Below are positions 1-18,600 of a stretch of DNA of 64,000 nucleotides, piece after piece. Position numbers and translations under genes: made by a program. Under the pieces are notes generated by a model. That model was not told the DNA's origin and did no database searches. It saw only the letters and a list, made by a program, of their open reading frames with translations. Each line of letters opens with the position of its first letter. Positions within the stretch are counted from its first letter, which is position 1. Source of the DNA: Candidatus Marinacidobacterium sp. (GTDB taxonomy: Bacteria > Acidobacteriota > Vicinamibacteria > Marinacidobacterales > Marinacidobacteraceae); NCBI GenBank assembly GCA_965204755.1, contig OZ242011.1:3392001-3456000 (forward strand). Reading direction: 5' to 3'.

Positions 1-1
1 C

Positions 2-64
2 GCGGTGGGCAACTACCTCGGCTACGGGATGGGTATCCTGAGCCGCGCCGTTTTCGGCGGCTAG
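2..64 (+). CDS. 3' end of a membrane protein, possibly DUF819 family (partial)
   Basis: Reads AVGNYLGYGMGILSRAVFGG-TAG; hydrophobic, GC3-rich codons; only 20 codons visible. Confidence 0.4.
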   Translation, partial: AVGNYLGYGMGILSRAVFGG

Positions 65-75
65 ACTCGGAGTTC

Positions 76-1257
76 GTGATGGTTCGACGACGGAATCCCC
101 GTTTCCTCCCGCTCGCGGGGTTGTTGTGCTTCGCTGCCGCCGCCGGCGCGTTCGCCCAGGGCGAAGGCGGGCCGACGACCGCCGAGCGCTCCTACTGGTT
201 CTATGTGGCCGCGGAGTCGGACGACACCGTGGACCTGGTGCGGTTCGGTCCGGACGGCGGCGAACTGGTGAAGCGCATCCCGGTCGGGATCCTGCCGGCG
301 GAGATCGAAGGGCCGCACGGCGTGCGGGTCTCCCCGGACGGACGCCACTGGTTCGTCTCCATCGCCCACGGAATGCCCTACGGCACGATCCACAAGTTCG
401 AGACCGGCTCCGACCTCGAAGTCGCCGACACGACCGCGGGCCTGTTCCCGGCCACGATGGACATCAGCCCGGCCACCGGATTCCTGTTCGCGGTGAACTT
501 CAACCTGCACGGCGACCATGTGCCGTCGTCGGTGTCGGTCATAGATACGGTATCCATGACCGAGATCGCGCAGATCGAACAGGGGGTGATGCCGCACGGC
601 TCCCGGCTCGGCCCGGACGGCCTCCACGCGTACTCCGTGGCGATGATGAGCGCCGAACTGTTCGAAATAGATACCTACACGCTGCAGGTGCGCCGCCGGA
701 TGCGGCTCACCGGCGACAACGCCACCACGGTCGGCGTGGACGCCGGCGGCGCCGGCGGGGAACACGCGGCGCATTCCGGCCATTCCATGGCGGGTCACGC
801 GGCGGGCGGCGCCGCCGGCCCGGCCCCGAACCCCACCTGGGTCCAGCCGTCGCCGGACGGCAAGGCGGTCTGGCTGGCGCTCCAGGGGCTCGACCAGGTG
901 CTCGAAGTGGACCTGGAGTCGTGGTCCCCGCGCCGCCGGTTCGGAACGCGCAGCGGCCCCTACAACCTCGATGTCTCTCCCGACGGCCGCCACCTCGTCG
1001 TAACCGAGAAGACGAACCATTCCGTAGGCTTTTGGGATCTCGAGACCGGAACCGAACGCGCCTCCGTCCCGGCGTCCGCCCGCATCACCCACGGCGTGGC
1101 CATCACCCCGGACAGCCGCTTCGCGGTCGTTACCGTGGAAGAGATCGGCGGCGAACCCGGCCGCGTGGAGTTCTACGACCTCGAGACGCTGGAACGCGAA
1201 GCCGTGGTCGAGATCGGCAAACAGGCCTCCGGCCTCGCCTTCTGGAAGTCGGAATAA
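76..1257 (+). CDS. Secreted YncE/YVTN-type beta-propeller protein
   Basis: Signal peptide; repeated propeller blades (PHGVRVSPDG, PYNLDVSPDG, THGVAITPD); His-rich insert. Confidence 0.8.
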   Translation: MMVRRRNPRFLPLAGLLCFAAAAGAFAQGEGGPTTAERSYWFYVAAESDDTVDLVRFGPDGGELVKRIPVGILPAEIEGPHGVRVSPDGRHWFVSIAHGMPYGTIHKFETGSDLEVADTTAGLFPATMDISPATGFLFAVNFNLHGDHVPSSVSVIDTVSMTEIAQIEQGVMPHGSRLGPDGLHAYSVAMMSAELFEIDTYTLQVRRRMRLTGDNATTVGVDAGGAGGEHAAHSGHSMAGHAAGGAAGPAPNPTWVQPSPDGKAVWLALQGLDQVLEVDLESWSPRRRFGTRSGPYNLDVSPDGRHLVVTEKTNHSVGFWDLETGTERASVPASARITHGVAITPDSRFAVVTVEEIGGEPGRVEFYDLETLEREAVVEIGKQASGLAFWKSE

Positions 1258-1351
1258 CGCCCCCGCGCCGACCCTCCGGACCGGTCGCGCCGTTTCCCGC
1301 TGCCGGACTGGAAATCGAACCGCCGCCGCTGCAGCGTCCGGGAGCCGCCTC

Positions 1352-10281
<8,930 letters not shown>

Positions 10282-10347
10282 CGGGGCGTCATTATCCCCC
10301 GCCGGGCGGTACGATCCGCGCCCGCCGCGCGGCGGGGAGGCAGACCC

Positions 10348-11739
10348 ATGTCAGAACGAATCGAACGCGACACGATCGGCGAGATCGCCGTTCCGGCGGA
10401 GCGGCTGTGGGGGGCGCAGACCGAGCGCTCCCGGCGGAACTTCCGCATCTCCGGGGAGCGGATGCCGTCCGAAGTGGTGCGGGCGCTGGCCTATGTCAAG
10501 AAGGCCGCGGCGCTCGTGAACCGGGATCTCGACCGCCTCCCGGAGAAGACCGCCGACGCCGTCGCCGCCGGGGCGGACGAAGTTCTGGCCGGCGAACACG
10601 ACGCCGAGTTCCCGCTGCTGGTGTGGCAGACCGGCAGCGGCACGCAGTCGAACATGAACATGAACGAGGTGCTCGCCAACCGCGCGAGCGAGATCCTCGG
10701 CGGCGAGCGGGGCGAGAAGCGGCTCGTCCACCCGAACGACGAAGTGAACCGCGGGCAGTCGTCCAACGATGTGTTCCCGACCGCGATGCATGTGGCGGCG
10801 GTGCTCGCCCTCGAGGAGCGGGTGGTTCCCGCGGTGCGGGCGCTCGCCGCCGCGCTCTCGGAACGCGCGGAGGCCTTCTCCGAGGTGGTGAAGATCGGGC
10901 GGACGCACCTGCAGGACGCCACGCCGCTGACGCTCGGGCAGGAGTTCTCCGGCTACGCCGCGCAGTTGGAGAACGGCGCGGCGAGGATCGAGGCGTCGCT
11001 CCCGCACCTTCGCCAACTGGCGCTCGGGGGAACCGCGGTGGGCACCGGGTTGAACGCCCACCCGGAGATGGGGGAACGGGCGGCGCGCTGGTTGACGCGG
11101 CTGACCGGACGGGAGTTCGAGACCGCGCCCAACAAGTTCGAGGCGCTGGCCTCGAAGGACGCGCTGGTGGCGGCGCACGGCGCGCTCAAGACCGTGGCGG
11201 TCTCGCTCCACAAGATCGCGAACGACATCCGCTGGCTGGCCTCCGGGCCGCGGTCGGGCATCGGCGAGATCCGAATCCCGGCCAACGAACCGGGGAGTTC
11301 GATCATGCCGGGCAAGGTGAACCCCACCCAGTGCGAGGCGCTGCTCATGGCGACCGCGCAGGTGATCGGGAACGATGTGGCGGTGAACCTCGGCGGCGCC
11401 GGCGGCAACTTCGAACTCAATGTCATGAAGCCGCTGATCGCGCAGAACTTCCTCCAGAGCGCCCGGCTCGTCGCCGACGGCTGCGACTCGTTCCGCGAGC
11501 GCTGCGTCGTCGGGATCGAACCGAACGAGGAGCGCCTCGCCGAGAACCTCCGCCGGTCGCTGATGCTGGTCACCGCCCTGAACCCGAAGATCGGCTACGA
11601 CAACGCCGCGAAGATCGCCAAGAAGGCGTATGCCGACGGGACCGCGCTCAAGGAGGCGGCGGTGGCTCTCGGCCTCCTCACCCCCGACCAGTTCGACGAG
11701 TGGGTGCGCCCCGAAGCGATGGTCCGCCCGACGGGCTGA
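10348..11739 (+). CDS. fumC: Fumarate hydratase class II
   Basis: [15 protein letters not shown] signature, [20 protein letters not shown]; GGAGG RBS before ATG 10348. Confidence 0.97.
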   Translation: MSERIERDTIGEIAVPAERLWGAQTERSRRNFRISGERMPSEVVRALAYVKKAAALVNRDLDRLPEKTADAVAAGADEVLAGEHDAEFPLLVWQTGSGTQSNMNMNEVLANRASEILGGERGEKRLVHPNDEVNRGQSSNDVFPTAMHVAAVLALEERVVPAVRALAAALSERAEAFSEVVKIGRTHLQDATPLTLGQEFSGYAAQLENGAARIEASLPHLRQLALGGTAVGTGLNAHPEMGERAARWLTRLTGREFETAPNKFEALASKDALVAAHGALKTVAVSLHKIANDIRWLASGPRSGIGEIRIPANEPGSSIMPGKVNPTQCEALLMATAQVIGNDVAVNLGGAGGNFELNVMKPLIAQNFLQSARLVADGCDSFRERCVVGIEPNEERLAENLRRSLMLVTALNPKIGYDNAAKIAKKAYADGTALKEAAVALGLLTPDQFDEWVRPEAMVRPTG

Positions 11740-11783
11740 GCGCGCGATCGTTCCGGGAGGCGCCCCGGGAGGTTCGCGGGCGG

Positions 11784-12245
11784 TCAGTCCGAATAGGACT
11801 CCAGATCTCGGTCGAAAGTCAGGACTCGCACCTCGAGCCCCTGTCGGCGCAGCGCCCTTGCCAACTCGAGGATCGAGATGTCCGCGAGCGAATACCCCGG
11901 GCCGGATTGGGCGACGAAGCGGTCCGCCAAATCCAGGAGTGTCTTCGCCGTGAGCAGGACACCGTTCTCCGGATCCGATACGACCGTCCAAGGCCGATCG
12001 TCGATAAGCGACATGGCGACATCTTCGCGGTAGCGCTCGGCGAGTCGTCGCCGGCGGTTCCCGTCGCGAACACGGACGATGTGATTGGTGAGTTCGAACA
12101 ACACCGGCAAGGTGACCAGCATCGTTCCTTGCGCCGCTTCTCCGGCCTGTTTCGCGACATCGTCGTATCTCGCTGTCGCTGACGCTTTGGGAACTCGATA
12201 GAGTTCCAGCAGCCAGGAGGTATCGAGAACCGACCAAGAATTCAC
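11784..12245 (-). CDS. PIN-domain protein (putative RNase)
   Basis: Four PIN acidic motifs: VLDTS, VLFE, SLAD, TFDRDL; GTG 12245 overlaps the ATPase stop (GTGA). Confidence 0.75.
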   Translation of the reverse strand: MNSWSVLDTSWLLELYRVPKASATARYDDVAKQAGEAAQGTMLVTLPVLFELTNHIVRVRDGNRRRRLAERYREDVAMSLIDDRPWTVVSDPENGVLLTAKTLLDLADRFVAQSGPGYSLADISILELARALRRQGLEVRVLTFDRDLESYSD

Positions 12246-13540
12246 GACAGGGAAGTGAGCCAGTTCTTCATGAATCGGGCTCGATCTCGTTCGTAGTCGG
12301 AATCGAGTCTCTTCTCCAACTTGCCGCTGGCGACGAAGCCGCCCAAGCCGCCGCGCAGACGAGTGATTGCGGCCGGTTCGATCTCGGTAAGGCGGGTCAC
12401 GCGAGACGCTTGGAGAGTGAAGTCTCGGTGACAGATCCACACGCATCCCCAGTGGGACTCGTCGATGGCATTCATGACGGCTGTATCGTGAGTCGTCAAC
12501 ACGACATTCAGACGGCGTCGGGAGGCGGCCTCGGTCACATACGAGATCAGGACTGCGGCGCGAGACGGATGGAGGCCGGTGTCGAATTCTTCGATGACGA
12601 CGCGTGCCCCTTCCGAAACGCTCTCCAGCGCGGACATGACGGCGAGCATCCTCAGCGTGCCGTCCGAGAGCAGTCGAGCGTCGATCAACCGTGTTCCGTT
12701 GGACGCATCACCCGTCTCGGCCATGAGTCCCGCAATGACATCGCCCGTGGGTGTTTCGGTGAAACCGATCTCCCGGAACGGCTCCTCCGAGATCTGTCGG
12801 ATGGCCGCGGTAACGCGGGGGAGCGCCGCCGTGTGATCCGCGTCGCCGTTCCGCAGGGAAAACAGTACGGAGGAGAGATTGCCGCCGCTGCGGGTGAGTT
12901 GCGCCCGTGGATCGATGTGCTCGTAGTTGCGCATCGCCTTCGGCGTGAGTTCGAAGACATGCGGGCGCCGCGACCGCGTCAGGACCGCGGCGGCGGCCTC
13001 CAAGGCGATCCGTTGCCGGGCTTCGGCGCCCGGGCCGACGGCGAGTCGGGAGTACCGGGAAAGGACGGACAACGGACCGGACAACTGCGCGGCGGAGGCA
13101 GGCCCGTCGGAGAAGTTGTCGTAAACGACATCCTGGAGACCATCTTCGGGGGAAGAGGCGGTGAAGATCGGCTTCTCGTCGAGGTGCAGGCTCTCGTGGG
13201 CGAAGCGGACCCCCGAGGAATCGGCCCTGATCTCGAGGCCGTAAGAGACCCGCGACGCGCCGCGTTCGTGACGGAACTCCGGCAGGTCGAGACTCAGACC
13301 GAACGCTTGCGCACCGAACCTTTGGCACGATGGCAATCCGCCGCGCACTTCGACGGTTCCGCCGCGCCCGAGTTCCGTGATGTCGTGGAACGGAATTCCG
13401 CGAGCCAGCGCGTCCATCACTTCGATGCCCTCGATCAGGTTCGTCTTGCCCGAACCGTTCCGCCCCAGGAGGATCGTCAGGGGAGCGGAAAGATCCACCT
13501 CCGCATGACGGAAGTTCTTGAAGTCGGTGAAGCGGTGCAT
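12242..13540 (-). CDS. ABC-type ATPase (AAA_21-like)
   Basis: DFKNF, GRNGSGKT, LSDGT, VVIEEFDTGLHP, TTH. Confidence 0.85.
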   Translation of the reverse strand: MHRFTDFKNFRHAEVDLSAPLTILLGRNGSGKTNLIEGIEVMDALARGIPFHDITELGRGGTVEVRGGLPSCQRFGAQAFGLSLDLPEFRHERGASRVSYGLEIRADSSGVRFAHESLHLDEKPIFTASSPEDGLQDVVYDNFSDGPASAAQLSGPLSVLSRYSRLAVGPGAEARQRIALEAAAAVLTRSRRPHVFELTPKAMRNYEHIDPRAQLTRSGGNLSSVLFSLRNGDADHTAALPRVTAAIRQISEEPFREIGFTETPTGDVIAGLMAETGDASNGTRLIDARLLSDGTLRMLAVMSALESVSEGARVVIEEFDTGLHPSRAAVLISYVTEAASRRRLNVVLTTHDTAVMNAIDESHWGCVWICHRDFTLQASRVTRLTEIEPAAITRLRGGLGGFVASGKLEKRLDSDYERDRARFMKNWLTSLS

Positions 13541-13614
13541 TTCGAGTTCGAGGAGCGCTCGGCTGATTCTACGCTTCTACGGACGCACCGCCGGGAGACG
13601 CGAATACTCCTCGG

Positions 13615-14556
13615 TCAGGCGCCGGCGGCGCCGCAGTGGGCGCAGAGGAGGGCGTCGGGGTGGCGGGGGCGGCGGCAGTTCCAGCAGGGTTTCGGGCGGC
13701 GCGGCCGCCCCTGGCGAACCCGCGCGCGAGCCGCTTCGAGTTCGTCCGCGCCGGGGCCGAAGGCGGCGATCTCCTTCAGGTCGCTCAGCAGCGCTTCCGC
13801 CGACGGGTAACGGTCGCCCACCCGGACGGCCAGGGCGCGCGCCACGATGTCGTCGAGGTCGGAGGGGACGCGCGGGTTGCGGCGGCGCGGACGCGCGTCG
13901 CCGCCCTTCTCCACCAGCCGGCGTTGGCGCTCCGGCGCCGGGTCCCGGTAGGGCAGGGCGCCGGTGAGCATTTCGTAGAGCACCACGCCGACCGAATAGA
14001 CATCGGACGCGAAGACCGCCTCGCCGCGGAAAGTCTCCGGCGCCATGTAGTAGGGGTTTCCCATCATCTCCGAGCCGTGCTCCGCGATCCGCACCGCCCG
14101 CGCGAGTCCGAAGTCGGTGATCTTCACCGCGCCTTCGGCCACCAGGATGTTGTCGGAACTCAGGTCGCCGTGGAGCAACTCGCGCCGGTGGGCGTGGTCG
14201 AGTCCGGCGAGGACTTGCCGGGCGATGCCCATCGCCGCCGCCGGCGGCATCGGGCCGTCGGCATCCACCCGGTGCGCCAGCGGCTTGCCGTCCACCCACT
14301 CCATGACCACGAAGAGCACGCCCTGCTGTTCGTCGCAGGAGATGAGGCGCACGATGTTCGGGTGTTCGAGCCCCGCGAGGAGCCGGGATTCCCGGAGCAG
14401 CGCCTCCCGTCCGGCCGGGCTCTGGTCGTGCGGCGCCTTGATCGCCCGATTCCGTTCGAGCAGGACATCGCGCACCAGATAGACCGCGCCGAAGGTCCCC
14501 TTGCCGAGATTCCGCAGCACCTCGTAGTTCCCGACGCGCTGCCCGAGCCGAAACAT
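13615..14556 (-). CDS. Soluble Hanks-type Ser/Thr kinase with a C-terminal zinc ribbon
   Basis: GKGTFGAV, AIK, HGDL, DFG, YMAPE, SDVYSVG; CWNC...CAHC. Confidence 0.88.
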   Translation of the reverse strand: MFRLGQRVGNYEVLRNLGKGTFGAVYLVRDVLLERNRAIKAPHDQSPAGREALLRESRLLAGLEHPNIVRLISCDEQQGVLFVVMEWVDGKPLAHRVDADGPMPPAAAMGIARQVLAGLDHAHRRELLHGDLSSDNILVAEGAVKITDFGLARAVRIAEHGSEMMGNPYYMAPETFRGEAVFASDVYSVGVVLYEMLTGALPYRDPAPERQRRLVEKGGDARPRRRNPRVPSDLDDIVARALAVRVGDRYPSAEALLSDLKEIAAFGPGADELEAARARVRQGRPRRPKPCWNCRRPRHPDALLCAHCGAAGA

Positions 14557-14566
14557 CGCGCTGATG

Positions 14567-15421
14567 CTACTCCCGCCCGCCGCCGGAAACGGACGGTTCC
14601 GGGGGGCGTCGGCGCGGGGAGGCTTCGGTTGCCCCCGCGGGCGAAGCGCGGCGTCCGGCCGCCTCGTCCGGACGGTTCAGCAGCCGCCAGGCGGCGACGA
14701 CGGCGGCTGTCGGAGTGCGGAGGATCCGCTCCCCGAGGTCGAGCCGCTCGAAACCCCGACGGAGCGCGGCGGCCACTTCGTCAGGCGTGAACCCGCCTTC
14801 CGGGCCGATGGCCGCGACGACCGCATCCGGCGAGACCGCGGAGTCTTCGGTCGGGTCGGTCGCGCCGCCGGGAATCGAAACGGAGGAGGGCCCACGCGCC
14901 TCGTCCCGGGCCGGCGCGGCGATCCACCGCCGGGAGAAACGGTCCGCTTCGCGAAGCCACTCCTCGAAACCCGCCGCCGGCAGGACCTCCGCCATCCCCG
15001 CCCGCCCGCTCTGCCGGGCGCCCGCCAACGCCGCCGCCCGCCAACGCCGGAGCCGCGCCGGCGTCGCCGCGCCCTCGCTCCGCTCCGTGACCAGCGGCGC
15101 GACCGCCGCCGCTCCTACCTCCGACAACTGCCGGCAGATGTCCGTGAACGCGTCGCCCTTCGGGATGGCCACCGCCAGCGTCAACCGCCGGGCCGCTTCC
15201 CGCGCGGCGACCGGCGCCCCCCGCTCCAACCGGCGCCGCCCGTCCGCGTCCACCCCGGCGACCCGCGCCGAGAAGGCCCGTCCCGCGCCGTCGAAGACCT
15301 CCACTTCCGCGCCGGGACGAAGCCGGAGCACCCGCCACAGCCGATGCGACTCCCCCCGGTCGAGCCGTATCTCCGCTTCCTCCCCGGCGGCGGGGGCGAA
15401 GAACCGATGCGCCCGCGCCAC
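14567..15421 (-). CDS. rsmE: 16S rRNA m3U1498 methyltransferase
   Basis: VLRLRPG, ARQSGR, IGPEGGF, LGERILRT. Confidence 0.92.
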   Translation of the reverse strand: MARAHRFFAPAAGEEAEIRLDRGESHRLWRVLRLRPGAEVEVFDGAGRAFSARVAGVDADGRRRLERGAPVAAREAARRLTLAVAIPKGDAFTDICRQLSEVGAAAVAPLVTERSEGAATPARLRRWRAAALAGARQSGRAGMAEVLPAAGFEEWLREADRFSRRWIAAPARDEARGPSSVSIPGGATDPTEDSAVSPDAVVAAIGPEGGFTPDEVAAALRRGFERLDLGERILRTPTAAVVAAWRLLNRPDEAAGRRASPAGATEASPRRRPPEPSVSGGGRE

Positions 15422-15526
15422 TGGTTGGCCTTTCCGCGCCCGATTATCGCCTGCGCCGGCGTTGCCGGGGTTCGCTTGTCGCCGGCTCGTCCCGCTCCGG
15501 GCGCCGGGGCGGCCGCTTGTCTCCGA

Positions 15527-15554
15527 TATTCGTAAAACGATTTTTATGTCAATA
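15527..15554. other. dif-like XerCD site (11+6+11 bp)
   Basis: TATTCGTAAAA-CGATTT-TTATGTCAATA; right arm resembles XerD arms (TTATGT.AA); sits in an AT-rich patch. Confidence 0.45.
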
Positions 15555-15557
15555 ACT

Positions 15558-15621
15558 TACGGATAAATATAACATGTGCGTTATCCACATTCCTCCTGTC
15601 GAAAACCGACTCTGCTACGAT
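15558..15621 (+). promoter_or_regulatory. Island regulatory region: GGATAA/TTATCC inverted repeat, perfect DnaA box (15581-15589), extended -10 TGcTACGAT (15613-15621)
   Basis: Motifs read directly; upstream of the HTH-bearing first island gene. Confidence 0.5.
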
Positions 15622-15639
15622 TCCGCGCCGAGCCCGACC

Positions 15640-18600
15640 ATGTCTCCCGCCGACCCCGTCCCCCTCGACTACCCGGAGCGGGTGCGCGCCGTGCGGCGGC
15701 GGCTGGGGCTGACGCAGACCGAACTGGCCGAGCGGGTGGGCGTCTCCTTCGCCACCGTCAACCGCTGGGAGAACCGCCACACCCGGCCCGCCCGCGTGGC
15801 GTGGAGGCAGGTCGCGAGCCTCGAAGCCGAAGCTGCCGAACGGGAGTGGATGGTCCGCGAGCCGACCGCCGAGGAGTCGATGGTGGACTTCTCCTCCGAG
15901 CCGGAGGTGGTCACCGCGGTCGCGGAAGCCGAGCGGCTGTCGCACGGCTACCTCTCGAATCCGGCGTTCGCGGCGGAGATCTCGTCCGTGGACCCCTTGC
16001 CGCACCAGCGCGTCGCCGTGTACGAGCGGATGTTGAAGCAGCGGCCCCTGCGGTTCCTGCTCGCCGACGACGCGGGCGCCGGCAAGACGATCATGACGGG
16101 CCTCTACCTCCGGGAGGTCTTCGCCCGCCGCCTGGTGAAGCGCGTGCTCATCGTCCCGCCGGCCGGGCTCGTCGGGAACTGGGAGCGCGAGATGCGCGCG
16201 CTGTTCCGGCTCGGCTTCCGCATCCTCGGGCGCGCCGGCGAGCGCCCGGAAAACCCGTTCGTCGGCCCCGAGAGCGACCTGTTGATCGCCGGCGTGGACA
16301 CCCTCGCGGGCGAAGGCGTCTTCGGCAAACTGCGGGACGCGGTCGGCGAAGGCGCCGCCGAGCCGTACGACCTGGTGGTGTTCGACGAGGCGCACAAACT
16401 CTCGGTGAGCCGCGAGGGCGGTTTCCGGGAACGGCGAACGGCCCGCTACGGTCTGGCCGCCGCGCTCGCCGGGCTTCCCGGCGGCGGCCCCCGCTGGCGC
16501 CTCGGCTGGTCGGCGGCGAACCTGCTCCTGCTCACCGCCACCCCGCACATGGGGAAGGACTACCCCTACTACGGCCTCTGGCGGCTGCTCGCGCCGCACG
16601 CCCTGCCGAGCATGGACGCCTTCCCGGACTTCACGCGGGCGGAGAAGGATCGCTTCTTCATCCGCCGCACGAAGGAAGAGATGGTGCGCTTCGACGGCCG
16701 CCCGCTCTATCCGCAGCGGCGCTGCGACACGCTCAGTTACCGCCTCAGTCCGCCGGAGCAGGATCTCTACGACGGGACGACGAAGTACATCGAGGAAGCG
16801 TACAACCGCGCGGCGGGTCTGAACCGGGGGGCGGCGCAGTTGGCGATGACCGTCTTCCAGCGCCGGCTGGCGAGTTCGACCCATGCGCTCATGCGTTCCT
16901 TCGAGCGGCGCATCGAGAAACTGGCCCACGCGGTCGCTCTCGTCCAGGCCGGACGACTGGAGGAACTGGAGGCTCGTCAGCGGCGTCTCGGCCAGACGGA
17001 CGACTACTTCGACTCGCATACGGCGGACGAAGACGCGGACGGGGACGGCGAGGCATCGGCCCGCTTCGAGGAGGACGCGCTCGGCGGGCTGATTGCCCTG
17101 AGCCTTGCCGACCTCCGTGAGGAGCGGACGCGAGTGGCCGATCTGCTCGAGCAGGCCCGCGCGCTGGCGAGCCGGGGGAAGGACGCCAAACTCGAGCGGC
17201 TCACCGAAGTGTTGCGCGATCCCCGCTACCGGGGCGAGAAGGTCATCGTGTTCACGGAACACCGCGACACGGCGGACTTCCTGGTGGGACGGCTCGAGGG
17301 TATGGGTTTCACCGGCCAGGTGGCGACGATCCACGGCGGGCTGGACTACCGGGAGCGCGAGCGCCAGGTGGAGTTCTTCCGCCGTTCTTCCGCGGACGGG
17401 GGCGCGTGCTACCTGGTCGCGACGGACGCGGCCGGCGAGGGAATCAACCTCCAGTTCTGCTGGCTGATGATCAACTACGATGTTCCGTGGAACCCGGCGC
17501 GTCTCGAGCAGCGCATGGGACGGATCCACCGTTACGGCCAGAAGCGGGATCCGGTCGTCATCGTCAACCTGATCGCCGGCGAAACCCGCGAGGGCAGGGT
17601 CGTCGGCGCGCTTCTCGAGAAACTCGAGCGCATTCGCGAGCGGTTGGGTTCGGACAAGGTCTTCGATGTCGTCGGACGGCTGTTTCGCGGTTGCTCGCTT
17701 CGCTCGTACCTGCAGCGGGCGGTCACCGACGAAGGCGCCGAAGAAGCGATCACCGAGATCGACGGCGTCCTCGCCGAGGAGCGCGTCCGGGCCGAGGAAG
17801 AGCGCGAACGATCGCTGTTCGGCGCCGGAGATGTCGCGGCCCGACTGCCCGCCCTGGAGGAGTCGCTCGAACGGGAGCGGTTTCGACGGCTCCTGCCCGG
17901 CTATGTGCGCCGATTCGTCCAGTCCGCCGCGCCGCTCCTCGACCTGCGGATCACCGGTGACCTGGACTCCGGCTTCGGTTTCGACCCCATGCGGGCCGGC
18001 GCCGGCGACTTCCTGTTCCGCGCCGTCGGCTTCTACCCGATCGCGAACCGGGCTTCGTTCTCGGTCCGCCGCCCCGGGGAGGGCGAGGAGGCGACCTGGA
18101 TGCACCCCGGCGAGCCGGTGTTCGAGGCGTTCTGCTCCTGTCTCCGTTCGCGGTACCGACCCCACGCCCTGCAAGGAGCCATCTTCCTCGATCCCGCGGC
18201 CACGGAGCCCTACCTGTTCCATCTCGCCGGCCTGTCGGTCCGGCGCCGCCGGCCGGCGCGGCGGTCGTTCGACCGCGCCGCCTCCGCCGAGGGCGAACGC
18301 GCCCGCTTCGACATCGTGGAGCGGCGCCTGGTCGGGGTCCGACAGGACAACGAGGGGCAGGTGGCCAAGATGGCCGTCGAGCATCTCCTCCTTCTCCAGG
18401 GGGCGGGGGACGCGCTCCCCGGCGCCGTCGCGGTCGCCCGCCGCGCCCGGACGCTGGTCGCCGAGGCGGAGGAGTGGCTTCGCGCGGAGGAACTGGCGGG
18501 TCTCGTCGCCGACTGGCGGAGCGACGCCGAGCGCGCGGCCGAGGGCGAACTCGCGTGGGTCAACCGGGGCTTCGACTACCGGATGGCCGATCTCGTGGCC

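Noticed and set aside
15522-15600. Chromosomal oriC
   Set aside because: Only one perfect DnaA box, a very short region, and no dnaA, dnaN or parAB context; not formally excluded without skew data
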